From: Nemertoderma westbladi
Taxonomy: Eukaryota; Animalia; Xenacoelomorpha
Assembly: GCA_032718475.1 (NCBI GenBank)
Contig: JAUCBJ010007134.1
Coordinates: 4,242-68,241 of the forward strand
Direction: 5' to 3'
Length of the DNA: 64,000 bases
The notes beneath the pieces are model-generated. The model was not told the DNA's origin. It saw nothing but the letters and a program-made list of their open reading frames with translations, and ran no database searches. The position numbers and the translations under genes were made by a program. Below are positions 12,804-26,111 of the stretch, one piece after another. Within the stretch, counting starts at the first letter, position 1; every line of letters begins with the position of its first letter.

Positions 12804-13971
12804 CAATGCGGGTTATTTGGCACTCCGATTGAAAGAAACACTTAAGAATAAAAGCTTTGTAACTGAGGCTGCCTTTTGCATTAAATTAGTTACATGGCTG
12901 TTAGATGATTCGCAATGAATTGAGGCGTGCTAACTGTGGGTGTGGCAGTATGGCGTACGAACTTGTACGGCGTCAAAATTACTCGATAACTCACAATTGT
13001 CTAAGATTTCCATTATAAATTAAAGTGAAATTACATGACAAATATTGTGTGTATTTAAAATTAATCATGTAATTCCCTATTTTTGTATGTAAGTATTTTA
13101 TTTTGATTGTAATGCCTTCTTTACTTCAGTAGAGGTAAGAATCTAAAAGTCAAAATATAAATAGCGAAATTGTTAAATATTAGGAATTGTAGGCATCGCC
13201 CAGTGATATAATAACTGCAACCTAATGTTAATGAGCAACATACTGCCCTGTGATATGATATCAATCTAAATGGTTTAAGTGAACGAGAGGGAAATTCAAA
13301 CTGATTAGATTAGATTAGATATATAATTATATAATTATAATACTTGTCTTAGGGTTATATGTGTTGGGTCGAACTATCGGTATGTAACTCTCAGTGTCAG
13401 TCAGTATGTTTACTATGTGGCAATAATAATTAATTATCCTGCTAAGTATTTGTTTTTATATATATCAACACATCATGGCGCAGTGTGTAGGATCACACAT
13501 GACCCTGTTGCCTGTTCCCTCGCAACGCTCTTGTGCTCTCATCCACATTTCTATATATATGTAATATTTATTGTCGGGATTAAACTAAAGTAAATAGAAT
13601 AGCGCACCCATCTATAAGATGACATAAATAAGTATCAATTTAAATTGTAAATAACTAGATAAGTTGTTATAACAAGAAATATAATATTTAAGTAATCTGT
13701 GCATAATAACAACGTTTATGGAGTGTAGACTACAAATAGAAAACGAAAATATATATAAATAAGAAAAGTAAATAAATATATTTTGATGTAATTTAGAGCC
13801 ATTTATGTACGTCTGAAGGTGCTTGAGCACCTTGTGAACAAAAGCATTATAGGCGCGAAAATATTGATCTATTTTATCTATGGGCGCAACAGTCAACCGA
13901 ATTTTGCCGCCATACCTCCATACACACATGTACAATATATAATTGACATGCTGAATTTAGCCAACTTTATT

Positions 13972-14301
13972 AAGAATGATTTACAGGCTTATCGACAAAA
14001 TTGCATCGCCACAGCTACTTATCACCCATGATTTTTGCGATATAATCCGCATCTTCAAAAAGCAATGCCCAGTGTTCTCTAAGAGACGTAAAATCATGTG
14101 CTGCCCATCATGCTTCTTTTCTCCGCCAACAACCAAGAATGCGTACTGGCTGGTCCTCACGACGAAAGCAATGGCCTGGGTTGCTGGGGCGGCTCTGTTC
14201 AAGTGTCAAGCTTTGGGGGGAGTAATGAAACCGCTCCAATGCTGTATACAGTTCGACGGTACTTGACTACATGATATTGGTTCTATCTTGTCTGTAATAC
14301 A
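13972..14301 (-). mobile_element. 3' part of an RTE-clade LINE, interrupted by the LINE at 14302-20660
   Basis: The minus strand encodes VELYTAL...GHCFRREDQPV and is similar to the RTE 3' end at 61815-62093. Confidence 0.75.
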
Positions 14302-14404
14302 ACCTGCCATAATCTGCTTTAATTTATTTTTATCACGGATAATTATTGAAAACGACGAACATCGAATATTATTAAGACAATTATTATTGCTAGAAATATT
14401 GGCG

Positions 14405-15721
14405 ATGTCAAATATCGGGCGTCGTAGCTCTACGGCTGGTTCTGTTGGAAATAGTCCCCGTCAGAGCGGCGGCAGCCTTACCGGGAAGGCGACGACGAAA
14501 AAACAAGGGAAGAATTCGGGCCCTCTGCAGACAGGCGCTGGGCTGAATAAATGTCCACGCCATGACACTTATTCCGCGGCGCAACCAACGGACAAAAACC
14601 GCGATGATGGTCAAAACGAGATAGAGGTTGAATGCTCCGGCAGCAGGTGTAATGTAGCGATGGTATGCATAGTAAAAGATGACACAGACTTTGGTCAGGT
14701 CGACTTTTACTGTGGCAAATGCGTCGCCAAAAACTTATCAAAAGTTTCTAACGACGTAAATAAGATGGAAGCACGCTTAGAAGAAAAATTAAACTCTCAA
14801 TGCTGATCTTAAGAGTTTGATTCAGTTCCACGACGATCGGTGTCACAAGGTATTAAGATCATTACGATCTGATCACGACGATCACGTAGAGGAGAGTGCA
14901 ACCAAAGCAGATAATATCGAAACGCAAATAGATGCACTTCGGGAGACGTTCGAAGCTCAACGAGAACGAGAGGATCATTCAACTGGAGGACAGGGTGACG
15001 ATAACGAAGAATGGCAACAACCAAACACTCGGCGCAATCGTCGGAATCGCCTTCATCGTGAACCGCTGGCGCAAAGCGTTTCAAACCAAACCATTGCGTC
15101 TTCCAATGTTGCACTGTTGGCACGGCAACTAAAGGGAGAAGAGGGGCAACGCGATAAACGTAAAAATAATATTAAAATATCTGGTCTCCCAAACAATTCG
15201 GACGATGATTTGGACAACGTTATTTCGGTGGCAAACGAACTGGGATTTCCCTATCCAAGTCCGATGTATCTGCTATGAGAGTTGGAACACTTCGCGACGA
15301 TAGGCCACAGCCGATAGTCGCCACCGTTCCATCTGCTGAAAGGATCCAGCTACTACAAAATGCGCGAAATCTACGTAGCTCACAGCGCTTTCAGGGAGTC
15401 TATATTTCTCCAGATTATACGCCCGCTGAGAGTCGACTTCAGTTTCAGTTACGTCAGGAACGTCGGGAACGGCAATCTACAGAACCAAATACAAAATGGA
15501 TAATCTACCGAGGCGATGTAATAGATGCCGCCACGATATCGAATCGTGGTTCTCATCGCGTACCTACCGTGGTCGATACTAGCGTGCCTAATACACACTC
15601 AGCGCGAACGTTTTACAGATCGAATGGCCCCGCATCTAATCGACAGAATGACAATGACGATCACCAATTGAGCGTGTCCTTCATTCCCCCCACTCAACTG
15701 GATGAGGGACAGTCAGATTGA
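14405..15721 (+). pseudogene. LINE ORF1 (Cys-rich PHD-like, coiled coil, RRM-like), broken by two frameshifts
   Basis: ATG at 14405. Motifs CSGSRC..FYCGKC, KRKNNIKISGL and GVYISPDYT. Frame changes near 14797 and 15250. Confidence 0.75.
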
Positions 15722-15724
15722 CTA

Positions 15725-18700
15725 TTGCAATACACAATACCAGTAACGGTTGCTGCTTGGTCCCCCGCACCCATAACCGTCGCTGCTGGGTCCCCTGCAC
15801 CCACTACCGTCGCTGCTGGGTCCCCCGCACCCATAACCGTCGCTGGTGGGTCCCCCGCACTCACAACCGTCGCTGCTGGCTCCCCCGCACCCACAACCGT
15901 CGCTGCTGCTTCCCCCGCACCCACAACCGTCGCTGCTGGGTCCCTCGAATCCACAGCCATCGCTGCTGGGTCCCCGGCACCCATAACCGTCGCTGCTGGG
16001 TCCCCCGCACCCACAACCGTCGCTGCTGGATCCCCCGCACCCACAATCGTCGCTGCTGCGTCCCCCGCACCCACAACCGTCGCTGCTAGGTCCCTCGAAT
16101 CCACAGCCATCGCAGCTGGGTCCCCCGCACCCACAACCATTGCTGCTGGGTCCCGCGCACCCACAACCGTCGCTGCTGGGTCCCTCACACCCACAACCGT
16201 CGCTGCTGCGTCCCCCGCACCCACAACCGTCGCTGCTGGGTCCCTCGAATCCACAGCCATCGCAGCTGGGTCCCCCGCACCCACAACCGTTGCTGCTGGG
16301 TCCTGCGCACCCACAACCGTTGCTGCTGGGTCCTCTGCACCCACAACCGTCGCTGCTGGGTCCCTCGCAGCCGCAACCGTCGCTGCTAGGTCCCTTGAAT
16401 CCACAACCGTCGCTGCTGGGTCTCTCGCACCCACAACCGTTGCTGCTGGGTCCCCCGCACCCACTACCGTCGCTGCTGGATCCCCTGCACCCACAACCAT
16501 CACTGCTGGGTCCCCCGCACCCACAACCGTCGCTGCTGGGTCCCCTGCACCCACTACCGTCGCCGCTGGGTCCCCCGCACCCACAACCGTCGCTGCTGGG
16601 TCCCCCGCACCCACAACCGTCGCTGCTGCGTCCCCCGCACCCACAACCGTCGCTGCTGGGTCCCTCGAATCCACAGCCATCGCTGCTGGGTCCCCCGCAC
16701 CAATAACCGTCACTGCTGGGTCCCCCGCACCCACAACCGTCGCTGCTGCGTCCCCCGCACCCACAACCGTCGCTGCTGGGTCCCTCGAATCCACAGCCAT
16801 CGCAGCTGGGTCCCCCGCACCCACAACCGTTGCTGCTGGGTCCTGCGCACCCACAACCGTTGCTGCTGGGTCCTCTGCACCCACAACCGTCGCTGCTGGG
16901 TCCCTCGCAGCCACAACCATCGCTGCTAGGTCCCTTGAATTCACAACCGTCGCTGCTGGGTCTCTCGCACCCACAACCGTTGCTGCTGGGTCCCCCGCAC
17001 CCAATACCGTCGCTGCTGGATCCCCTGCACCCACAACCATCACTGCTGGGTCCCCCGCACCCACAACCGTCGCTGCTGGGTCCCCTGCACCCACTACCGT
17101 CGCTGCTGGGTCCCCCGCACCCACAACCGTCGCTGCAGGGTCCCTCGCATCCACAACAGTCGCTGCTGGGTACCACTCACCCACACATGTTGCTGTTGGG
17201 TCCACAACCGCATCTAATTCAACCACTGCCATCCCAACTCTGTTGTTATACAACGCTCGTAGCCTTCTAAATCTACACAGGCGATGCAAACTGGCAAATT
17301 CAATTCTGATCCGAGACTACAATATAATATGCATAACTGAAACTTGGCTTACTCCTGAGATACTCGATAGCGAATTATTCCTCACTGGTTACAACTTAAT
17401 ACGTACGGAGCGTAGCTCAAAATTTGATTGTATCTCAACACATGGAGGTGTCCTTATTGCTCTACAAAATGGAATTAATTACACGCCAGAATATATTAAT
17501 GGTGCTTCTGATAGATTATCAAGTTCAGTTACTGCCTGTTTGTGCAATATTAACGGTTTAACATATTTACTTGTATGTATATACAACCCACCTGACAAAA
17601 GCCCATACCGCTTAGAAGTTGCTGATTTTTACAAATTACTAGACTACATAATAACATTTAAGGATCACGTTGACGACGTGATCATATGTGGGGATATTAA
17701 TCTGCCTTCTGTAGATTGGGAGTCTCACTTTTCTACAGATAACTACGAGAAGGACATTTTATACGCTATTGACAAACACAACTTTAAACAACACATAAAT
17801 TTTCCAACACGGGGAGCTAATACGCTTGACGTTTTCATATCATTAACAGACAATACAATTCTCAACATTGAGATTGACTACAACCTATCTAGACAATTAC
17901 AGGCAGTTGAAATCAAGTCAGACCACGACCCTGTCCTGGTTATTTTAAACTCACAATGTAATGCTGCAAAGCAAACACGGCAGACGATCCAGTCCAATCC
18001 CTTGTTGCATTATAGTTTTTGTAAAATAGATACACTGAAGGCAACCCAGATTTGTAAATCTCGGCCATTTGACGAAAAATCGTACAATATGACCGATTGT
18101 GAGGATCTAGTTAATAAATGGTATCAATGGCTGAATAATGTTATCGACAACTGTGTTCCTAAACGAACAGTGCATCGTGCCTCGCAACCACCATGGGTGA
18201 CACAAAAAACCTCACATAAGTTAAATAAATTACACACTCTCCAGCGTAAAATTGCTTCAAAGATATCGCCAACATTAAACCTTCAGGTTAAGATGGAAAG
18301 GTTACAGGAAGAAGTTGAAAATGATATTTTAGCTGACCAAACAAAGTACGAGATGCAGCTAGCGGACACCCGTTCAATGAAACATCTCTTCAAATATTTC
18401 AAAAGCCTACGGAGGTCTTGTTCACTGCCACCAGTAGTACAATACGAGAATCGTACGGCATCCACTCATGAGGATCAGGCTAATCTATTTAACGAGTTCT
18501 TCCATTCCGTTTTTAAATCCCCGCGAATACCTACTAGCGATATACAACCACCACTTAACGACACAAACTCTGAAAGCTTGAACACGACACACGACTACGA
18601 CGTGTCAGTTGACACAGTGGAGAATATACTTACGTCTTTAGATGCTACGAAATCTCGTGGACCAGACAATATTCCACCTTCATTATTTAAATCCCTCGCA

Positions 18701-20118
18701 AAAGTACTAGCACCCTCAATGTCATTCCTATTCGGGAGGCTGAAAAAAAAAAACCACTTCCCCGTAGCATGGAAGCATGCACTAATAAATCCTCAACATA
18801 AAAAAGGTAGTAGAATCAAGGTAATCTTATACCGGCCAATATCTCTCTTAGCGATTCCTGGAAAAGTATTTGAGCGTTGCATCTTTATCCCCATCTACGA
18901 ACAAGTACGTAGTAGGTTACACGACGCACAACATGGATTTAGGAAGTCAAGATCAACGATCACACAATTACTTACATTTCTAGACAATGTCTACAAGGGT
19001 ACGGATAATGGCCAATTGACAGTAGAAGTAATATACTTAGATTTCCAGAAAGCGTTCGACTCTGTCAGCCACGAATCCGTTCTGCGAAAATTATGGATAA
19101 TGGGGGTCCGCGGAAATCTCTGGTATATCCTCCGGAGCTACCTAGCAGGAAGAACACAGTCAGTAAAAGTCGGAAACGCGAAGTCAACTCCCCGATCTGT
19201 CGACAGTGGCATGGCTCAGGGGTCCCTATTGGGACCACTATTCTTTGTTGTTGAGAGCAATGATCTCCCAGAAGTTTGTCATGTCAGCATACCATTTCTC
19301 CTCGCAGACGATTGCAAATTATTATCAGTATCACATGTCGATTCCATCATCAACACACAATTAGATATTGACCGACTTGTGACATGGGGTCTCGAGGCTG
19401 GACTAGATTTTAATGAACCGAAATGCAAGCAAATAGTCTTCAAAGGCGACATAGAAGCTCGGTCATTGTACTCAAGGACTATATCTCGAGTCGATACAGA
19501 GAAGGATTTAGGAATAACCATAACATCAAATTTATCATGGACCGCCCACATTAAGGACAAATGCAGTAAAGCAAATAGAACATTATACCTGATCCGAAGA
19601 AGCAGTTCTTTTCGCGCGCACACAAACTCGAGTCCATCCAGCGGAGAGCAACAATCTGGATTATTGGTAATGACGATCACACCTACAAGGAGAGACTCAT
19701 AATACTAAACATTCTACCGATCTCATTATACTTACAATTATCCGACCAACTAACCTTGTCAAAGATAATAAATAATAAATACGACATTGACTGGTCGCCA
19801 CATCTAAAGATGAAGCAAACAAACCTCAGAAGAAACACTCGTAGCGCTAACCGACCCTCGTTTGATCTCACACACCCCCTAAAGTGCATATCAAAGCAAA
19901 ATTTCTGGTTTCGCGCACCACAATTGGCAAATCAGCTTCCCCTTCAGACAGAGTATTTTAATCACGTTGGTTTAAAGGCGCGCCTATTGAATCTGTTCTG
20001 GGCCCACTTTCACCAACATTACGATGTTGACATCACTTGCAGTTGGAAAATTAACTGTGACTGTACACAGATGAACTGCAACCTCCGAATATTGAACCTT
20101 AACAACTTACTCACTTGA
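15725..20118 (+). pseudogene. LINE ORF2: APE endonuclease plus reverse transcriptase, C-terminus disrupted near 19610-19700
   Basis: APE motifs YNARSL, ITETWL, GGV, IYNPP, GDINLP, TLD, SDH. RT motifs YRPISLL, QHGFRK, YLDFQKAFDSV, QGSLLGP, LADD, EKDLG. The C-terminal piece continues in another frame to 20118. Confidence 0.9.
15745..17170 (+). repeat. 30-bp minisatellite (~47 copies) in frame with LINE ORF2, encoding PAPTTVAAGS repeats
   Basis: Periodic CCCGCACCCACAACCGTCGCTGCTGGGTCC with no stop in the ORF2 frame. Confidence 0.95.
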
Positions 20119-20209
20119 TTTTATTACTTGCTAAAATATTATATTTTTATCACCTGCTGTACCTTCTGTTGATGTATATATATTTTCATCACTTGCTCTG
20201 TTGCTGTAT

Positions 20210-20360
20210 TTATAATTTTATCACTTGCTGTATATATACCTGCTGTTGCTGTATATATATTTTTATCACTTGCTGTATATATATTTTTATCACTTGCTGT
20301 ATATATATTTTTATCACTTGCTGTATATATATTTTTATCACTTGCTGTATACATATATTT
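20210..20360. repeat. ~24-bp tandem repeat in the LINE 3' UTR
   Basis: TTTTTATCACTTGCTGTATATATA repeated about 5 times. Confidence 0.85.
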
Positions 20361-20620
20361 TTTATTTATCACTTTCAGTACGTACATTGCACAGCATATG
20401 AACAAACACGAAGTGGGGACTTCGCGCAGCACGAAGCTCCGCCAACTTCGTGGCTCGCCCCACATTATTAAACATAAATATATTTTAATTTTCTCGGATA
20501 ACGAATACTGGATTGACTTTATTTTAATAGTGCTACTCAGTCTAAATTGTATATTTTTGTTAGTCTCCATGAATTACGTTTTTTATTTCAGGGGGCGACC
20601 CCTACACTATGTGTAAATCC

Positions 20621-20660
<40 letters not shown>

Positions 20661-20666
<6 letters not shown>

Positions 20667-22030
20667 AGATTTGGTGACCTCAGCTGTTATAGCCCAGGAC
20701 TGATTCCCATATAGGAGTACTGGTTCAAGTGCTGCTCAAATACTCGAATCTTAAGTTTCCGATGTATTATATGCGACTATCTAATCCTGGAAACCATGCA
20801 ATGTTGCCCATGCCCTCTGCTTATGTATTCGACTGATTTCCGGATCCAAGATCCCAAGTAGTAAAGTTTTTTTGGAAACGAAACAAAGGGAACGAAAGGA
20901 AAGAAGAAAAGAAGCAGCTTGTTCTAATGAGCTGAGGAGCCGTTGGGCTCCCTCTAATGATTCTGAGAGTACTCCTAAGTCATCAGCAAAGTCTAGATCA
21001 GTTAGGTACTTGGCAGGATTTCCTCGACTTCTGGAGCCAGTAGGTGGATTTATCATCACCCCATCATCATTATGATGATCTAAGGACATGCGTAGAACAT
21101 AGTCAACAACAATTATGAACAAGAATGGTGCAAGTGTGTCTCCCTGGAGGACGCCCCATAATACTTCAAATGGTTCTGTGTTACCGTCAACAGTAGACAC
21201 AAATGTTGTCGAACCATCGTATACTGATCTGATTGCTGCAATCATTTCATCAGGAATCCCATATAATGAAAGTATGCCGAACATACGTGAACGAGAGACT
21301 GAATCAAAGGCCTTGAAGAAGTCAACAAAGAAATCAGCCAGATGTCTATCTTTCTTTTTTTGACAACTTTTTAATTATCCTTCAAAGTGCCAAAATGGGC
21401 TCCATGGTCCCACGACCTTTACGGAACCCATTCTGATTTCCACGGAGCAGTCTCTCAATGGGATCCCTGATGCGATTTAATATAATTCTATTGTATAGCT
21501 TTGCAGCAATCGAGATCAATGAGATATCCCGAAAAAATCCAGAGTGTTTTGCCCTTCTTTGGAATTTATTTAGCGACAACTAATTCCTTTTCATTTCTTG
21601 GGAGATTCTCTTAGTTCTGTACATGTTTATGAAGATGGGGTGAATGAGTTCCAAATACTCAAGTATTTTAATCTCGGGAAGGACACAATCTACTCTACTG
21701 CACGATTGGTCTTAATGCTCTTTGCAGCAGTCTTGAGCTTGACTTTAGGAAAGGAGATGTCGCCAATGGGGATAACTGTATCCACAGACTCAGAGACACG
21801 TTATCAAGCATAACCTTGATATTGTTTTAGAGCTTTTCAAAGTGGGCCTTCCAAGCATTGAGGGGATCAGCTGGTGATTCTGCCTTAACCTTTTTGGTTG
21901 GTTAGCATTTCCTCCCAGTCAGCAAGTTCATCGACTTTCATACCTCGAATAATAATTGCCTGTTGGCATCGGCATCATTATCACTGATGGCATCAACCTG
22001 CTGATTATATGTTATTGAGTCTAGTCAAAT
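20661..22030 (-). mobile_element. RTE-clade LINE reverse transcriptase remnant
   Basis: ISLISIAAKLYNRIILNRI, NQNGFRKGR, GVLQGDTLAPFLFIIVVDYVLR, LTDLDFADDL, with frameshifts and deletions. Confidence 0.9.
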
Positions 22031-23819
22031 GACCTTGAGCAGCCAGTGTAGGAAATGTAATTGGGTGAACAATTAAAAAATAATAATAAAGTAAATATAG
22101 TTTTATTCAATCAGATGTGTAACAAAAACTATGGTGAGTTGGCTTTTAAAGTTGTGCTGCGGATTCCAAGGATTCCTGACCCAGTAACAGTCGGCGCTGA
22201 TTCGTTGCAGTGCAGTAACATCGCATCCAGTGAGATGCTTAGACAAGCCAGTGTGAAGCTCAGAAAAAAATCGTGCAATATTTATTGCCTGGTGTGCTAT
22301 TCTCGAGAGAAAGCAGTTACTTACTTATTAATGGTGAAAGGCTTCGATGGAGTTAGTTGTTAGTTCCTAACTAACAATCATCCAGTGTTCTGTTGTGTTG
22401 CGATTTAGTAATGGGACCTTCTGAATTATAGAATGTCACCATCATAAATATATGTATGATGTTGTGTTGATAAGATAACCCTGTGGGAATGAATCCATGG
22501 TAAATAGCAAGTGTAGCGGTTGGTATTATGCGTCCACGGCAGTAGGTTGTTGTGACAAAAACTCTTCAATATTCAATAGCTCTGCGACTTTTCATAACTT
22601 TGATGTTATTTGAAAGAAAGTCAGTAACATTTGAACGTTCGATGTTCATTTGTTGTTTGTATAGAGAGTTCAAACTCTTTAGCGCACGCACATTAAATAT
22701 TACGCCATGTGAAGTATAACAGGTGTTCACTTTTCGGTCAAATTTTTATTTAAATTTTATATATGAAATTTTTTTTATGTAAGGAAATATGATGATTTTT
22801 ATTTTTTAATTTATCCTTAGGAAGTGTTTTATAACGCTTATTTCTATCTTATAATATTAATTTATTTTAATTTAATTAATTTATTATAGATAAGATACTA
22901 ATTCCTTTATTATTTTGGTTAGATTCAACTCTTCTGTTTCCTGTTTTTTTTGTGAAAATCTGTTATTCTTCACAAGGGGGTATACCGCAAAGTGAAATGA
23001 AATATATTGGCAGAAAATCTTGTATACTTAACATGGGCCAAAACAAAATATTAGCGATTTTTAATAATTTCACAACTTGAGCGCCACCTAGTGCCGTGGC
23101 TGATCGAGGCCGCATTTAATTTCGTTTACGAAGTATCTACTGCTCTACTGCGGAAGAAGAATCCGAAGAGAAAATGGAAATGAAAAGTTCTTAGATACTA
23201 CTAGTTTAGATACTATAATTTACCCTGAATACAATGATGACGCGCAGACGTTAGGTACAGTCCCGCAGCTACTGTATGAGTTATTATTCTCATTACGAAA
23301 GTTATATATTGCCGTTCTTGTAGAACTACCGATGGAATGCTGGCTGTTATATGAATAGATTCTACTGATTTACTTGGACTCTACAAACTCTCGCTCTCTA
23401 TGACCCGCCGTTTCACAATGATTCGTAGCAGATTGCCACCCTATTATATTAATTAATTAATGTAAATGAGATTCTGTTAGTTGGCCTACGTAATACGTGA
23501 TAGTACTAAGGGGGGGGGGGGGGGGGGGTAAGTAATATGTCCTTGGAAACATCCAGTTAGAGGAGACAGATTCAACCATCTGGGTGAATTTATTTGCCGA
23601 ATTAACAATGTTAATTATCTATCAGTGAAGGGAAAGTAGCAGGCTACACAGGGGCACGTTATTCTAACCAAAACTATACGAACAATTAGATTTGTTTTGG
23701 GTTAGGGTTAGTTGATCAGGCTAAAACCCTAATAAAAACTGCAATGAAATCCTACCTAACCCCAAAAGAGGGGCTCTAGGTAATATCTAACTCACTTTGA
23801 GGAGTTTCGTAGATTAGAG

Positions 23820-24960
23820 CCATATACTATGGGGTAACTTTCATTCCCGTATTCTTGGATATGAATTGGTATCAGCCCGACGACTCATCACCCTGAAACT
23901 GAGCACATGGATCGTTCCCTTGACACTAATCAATGTCTATTTGAGCTGACAGTACCCACCCTAAAGACGAATACCGTAGCTTTCTAGATATTCTTCAATT
24001 GCACATTGTTAAATGCTCCTCATGGGGAAAGATAATAATTTTGGGCTACCTGAATGGACAGGTTGGAAATCGCAGTACTGCCTCACACATCAACCATGAG
24101 ATAATTGGGCCCTACATACTACAACTTTCCAAACATAAATCGCAACGGATCCTTGCTGCTCGACTTCTGCCAAGAACTAAACTTATCCATCCTTAATACG
24201 TTTTTCAACCATAAGCATAAATCTGACAGAGCCACGTATCAAGAAGTTTATCAATTCATCAGAAGTAGATAGCCAACCAAAATACTCAACGGTTTACTTT
24301 ATGATAGTACCCCAATTATTACGAAAATTTGCCAACAAAATTATATCGATCCACAATACATGTCATGTATCAGACCACTTTCTCGTCACAATGGACATTG
24401 AAATACGTCTACACCGATGGGATGTTCAACCTCATCATACAAACAGACCTCTCAACAAAGATGTCCAACAGTTGGAAACCAACTCCGCTATAAGAGCCCA
24501 ATCCCAAGACGTCTTAGACAAAATTTTGGAACAGACGGATAATGTCCCATCTTGTGGTTCATCCTCATGCGTATCACCTGATACACAACAAAAAGTCGAC
24601 CTATCCTGGACCGAAATTAAGAATGCTTTCCAAAAAGCCAAAAAAACTCTACCCTTACGGATAAAACCAAGCAAACGTCAGCACGAAGACTTGACAATGG
24701 AACTTATTAATAGGAGAAAGTCCCTGATATCGGAACAAATACGAAATAATCATCGAAGAAATCAATCCGTAGTGGAAAAGTTAAAGAATGACATAGCCAA
24801 ACGATGCCGAGAAGAAAAAGAAATGGATATTTTACAACTTGTCAATACTGCACAAACAGCTGATAATATGAATAATTCCCACATTCTATATAAAACTATT
24901 AAAACTCTCGCGAGAAATTTTAAACCAACTCATAAAGAAATTAATGACAAAGATGGGGAC
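23820..24960 (+). mobile_element. degenerate LINE fragment, APE endonuclease region (RTE-like)
   Basis: Broken frames give IIILGYLNGQVG, LLLDFCQELNLSILNTFFNHK and SDHFLV. Confidence 0.7.
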
Positions 24961-24973
24961 CTCAGTAGTAGGG

Positions 24974-25280
24974 TCTTCCTCCTCTCTGTGACAGTTGGAC
25001 CTAACTGACACCCATTGGGTGTCATATGACACCCAATTATCACCCTATGGGTGTCATTGGGTGTCATTGGCGCCAGACTGTCTGGGTGACACCTCCCAAT
25101 TAGGCTAATTAGACCCTAATTGACAGGTGTCATCAATTAATTAGTATAATTAAACCCTAACAGGTGTCATATGACTCCTAATTAGGGTTTAATTGATTAT
25201 CCTAATTAATCAGACTGATTAGCGCCCTGACACACAATGGGTCATCAGTGATGTCCAACTGTCGCAGAGAAGGGGGAAGA
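24974..25280. mobile_element. fold-back / MITE-like element with ~50-bp imperfect inverted arms
   Basis: TCTTCCTCCTCTCTGTGACAGTTGGAC at the left pairs with GTCCAACTGTCGCAGAGAAGGGGGAAGA at the right. Many internal TGACACC/GGTGTCA motifs. Confidence 0.6.
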
Positions 25281-25967
25281 GGGTGTCATAAGTGACACCG
25301 CAGCTCTTTTATTCATTAATACCTATTTATTTATATTTAATTTTAATTAATTATTTGCATTTTATTTTATTCATATTTAATTCTAAATTAATTATTCATT
25401 TGTACTTTATGGGTATACAGCTCCCTTACTGGTAACTAATTACTCTTATCTATATCCAGACAGCTTTATCGTTGACCTTTGACCTTTGACCCCCCAATTA
25501 GCTTTAACCAAGCAACAGCATATTAATGATAGTTGTATCCAAGCGCCCCTGCCCCCACCCCGTGACAGCTCTGATTACTAATTACTCTTACCTATATCCA
25601 ACCGCCTGCAGTTCCATAGTCTGCCGCTAGAGGGCGTATTGTTTAAAAATTAACATCTTCTCTAGCTTTGTTATTTACAATCCGCAAAACCATGAAGTTA
25701 TATTGCTCAAGAGTTCTAAGGGGAGAGCCATGAGGCAAGATGTTTGAGGCTTATTTAGATATATTATTACTTAATTTGACCCCCCAATCGGCATCTATTA
25801 CGGCATAGGCTATATCTTTTGCAGGGTCACAGAGTAGTCTGAAGTTCCCCAGTCTGCCGCTAGAGGGCTTAATGTCTCAAAGTGAAAACCATACCGTAGC
25901 CATGAATTGGTTACTAGGCAATAATACTGCATTTTGCAACGTTAGACCTATTGCTGATCGAACGAAA

Positions 25968-26042
25968 ACTGCCCTGGTTCATGCAGGGGTCGAACCCATG
26001 ACATACGAGAGATGTGAATTCTACGCAACCACTACACCAAGG
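25968..26042 (-). mobile_element. tRNA-derived SINE head
   Basis: The minus strand has A-box-like TGGTGTAGTGG and B-box GGTTCGACCC at tRNA spacing, but no intact cloverleaf. Confidence 0.5.
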
Positions 26043-26111
26043 TGGAACAGTAACCTTCGAATTTGTTCGTTGACGTTCGAATTTGTAAGACTCTCATTTA
26101 AGACTTGACAC

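Larger units (their letters stand above)
14302..20660 (+). mobile_element. near full-length CR1/L2-group non-LTR retrotransposon with (TAA)n tail
   Basis: ORF1, then ORF2 (APE endonuclease plus RT), 3' UTR with a GGGGCGACCCC stem-loop, and a (TAA)n tail at 20622-20663. Candidate TSD TAATACA at 14295-14301 and 20661-20667. Confidence 0.9.

Noticed and set aside
9838-12918. Long ORFs of 370-982 aa (MDPASITCT, YYGSRFHYM, VEAGSIVHV repeats)
   Set aside because: Products of a 27-bp satellite that is open in several frames on both strands, with no unique coding flanks.
15694-17289. Minus-strand and alternative-frame ORFs such as GCGCGGPSSD repeats (metallothionein- or keratin-like)
   Set aside because: Shadows of the 30-bp repeat; only the plus frame joined to the endonuclease has support.
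22115-22133. 19-nt micro-exon between TCAG and GTGAGT
   Set aside because: Splice-like signals only; it cannot be tied to any gene without transcripts.
23696-23765. GGGTTAGGGTTA as canonical telomere sequence
   Set aside because: Only two units at an internal position; too short to indicate the telomere motif.
25968-26042. Functional tRNA genes here and at 57645-57704
   Set aside because: A and B boxes are present but acceptor and anticodon stems do not pair; better explained as SINE heads.
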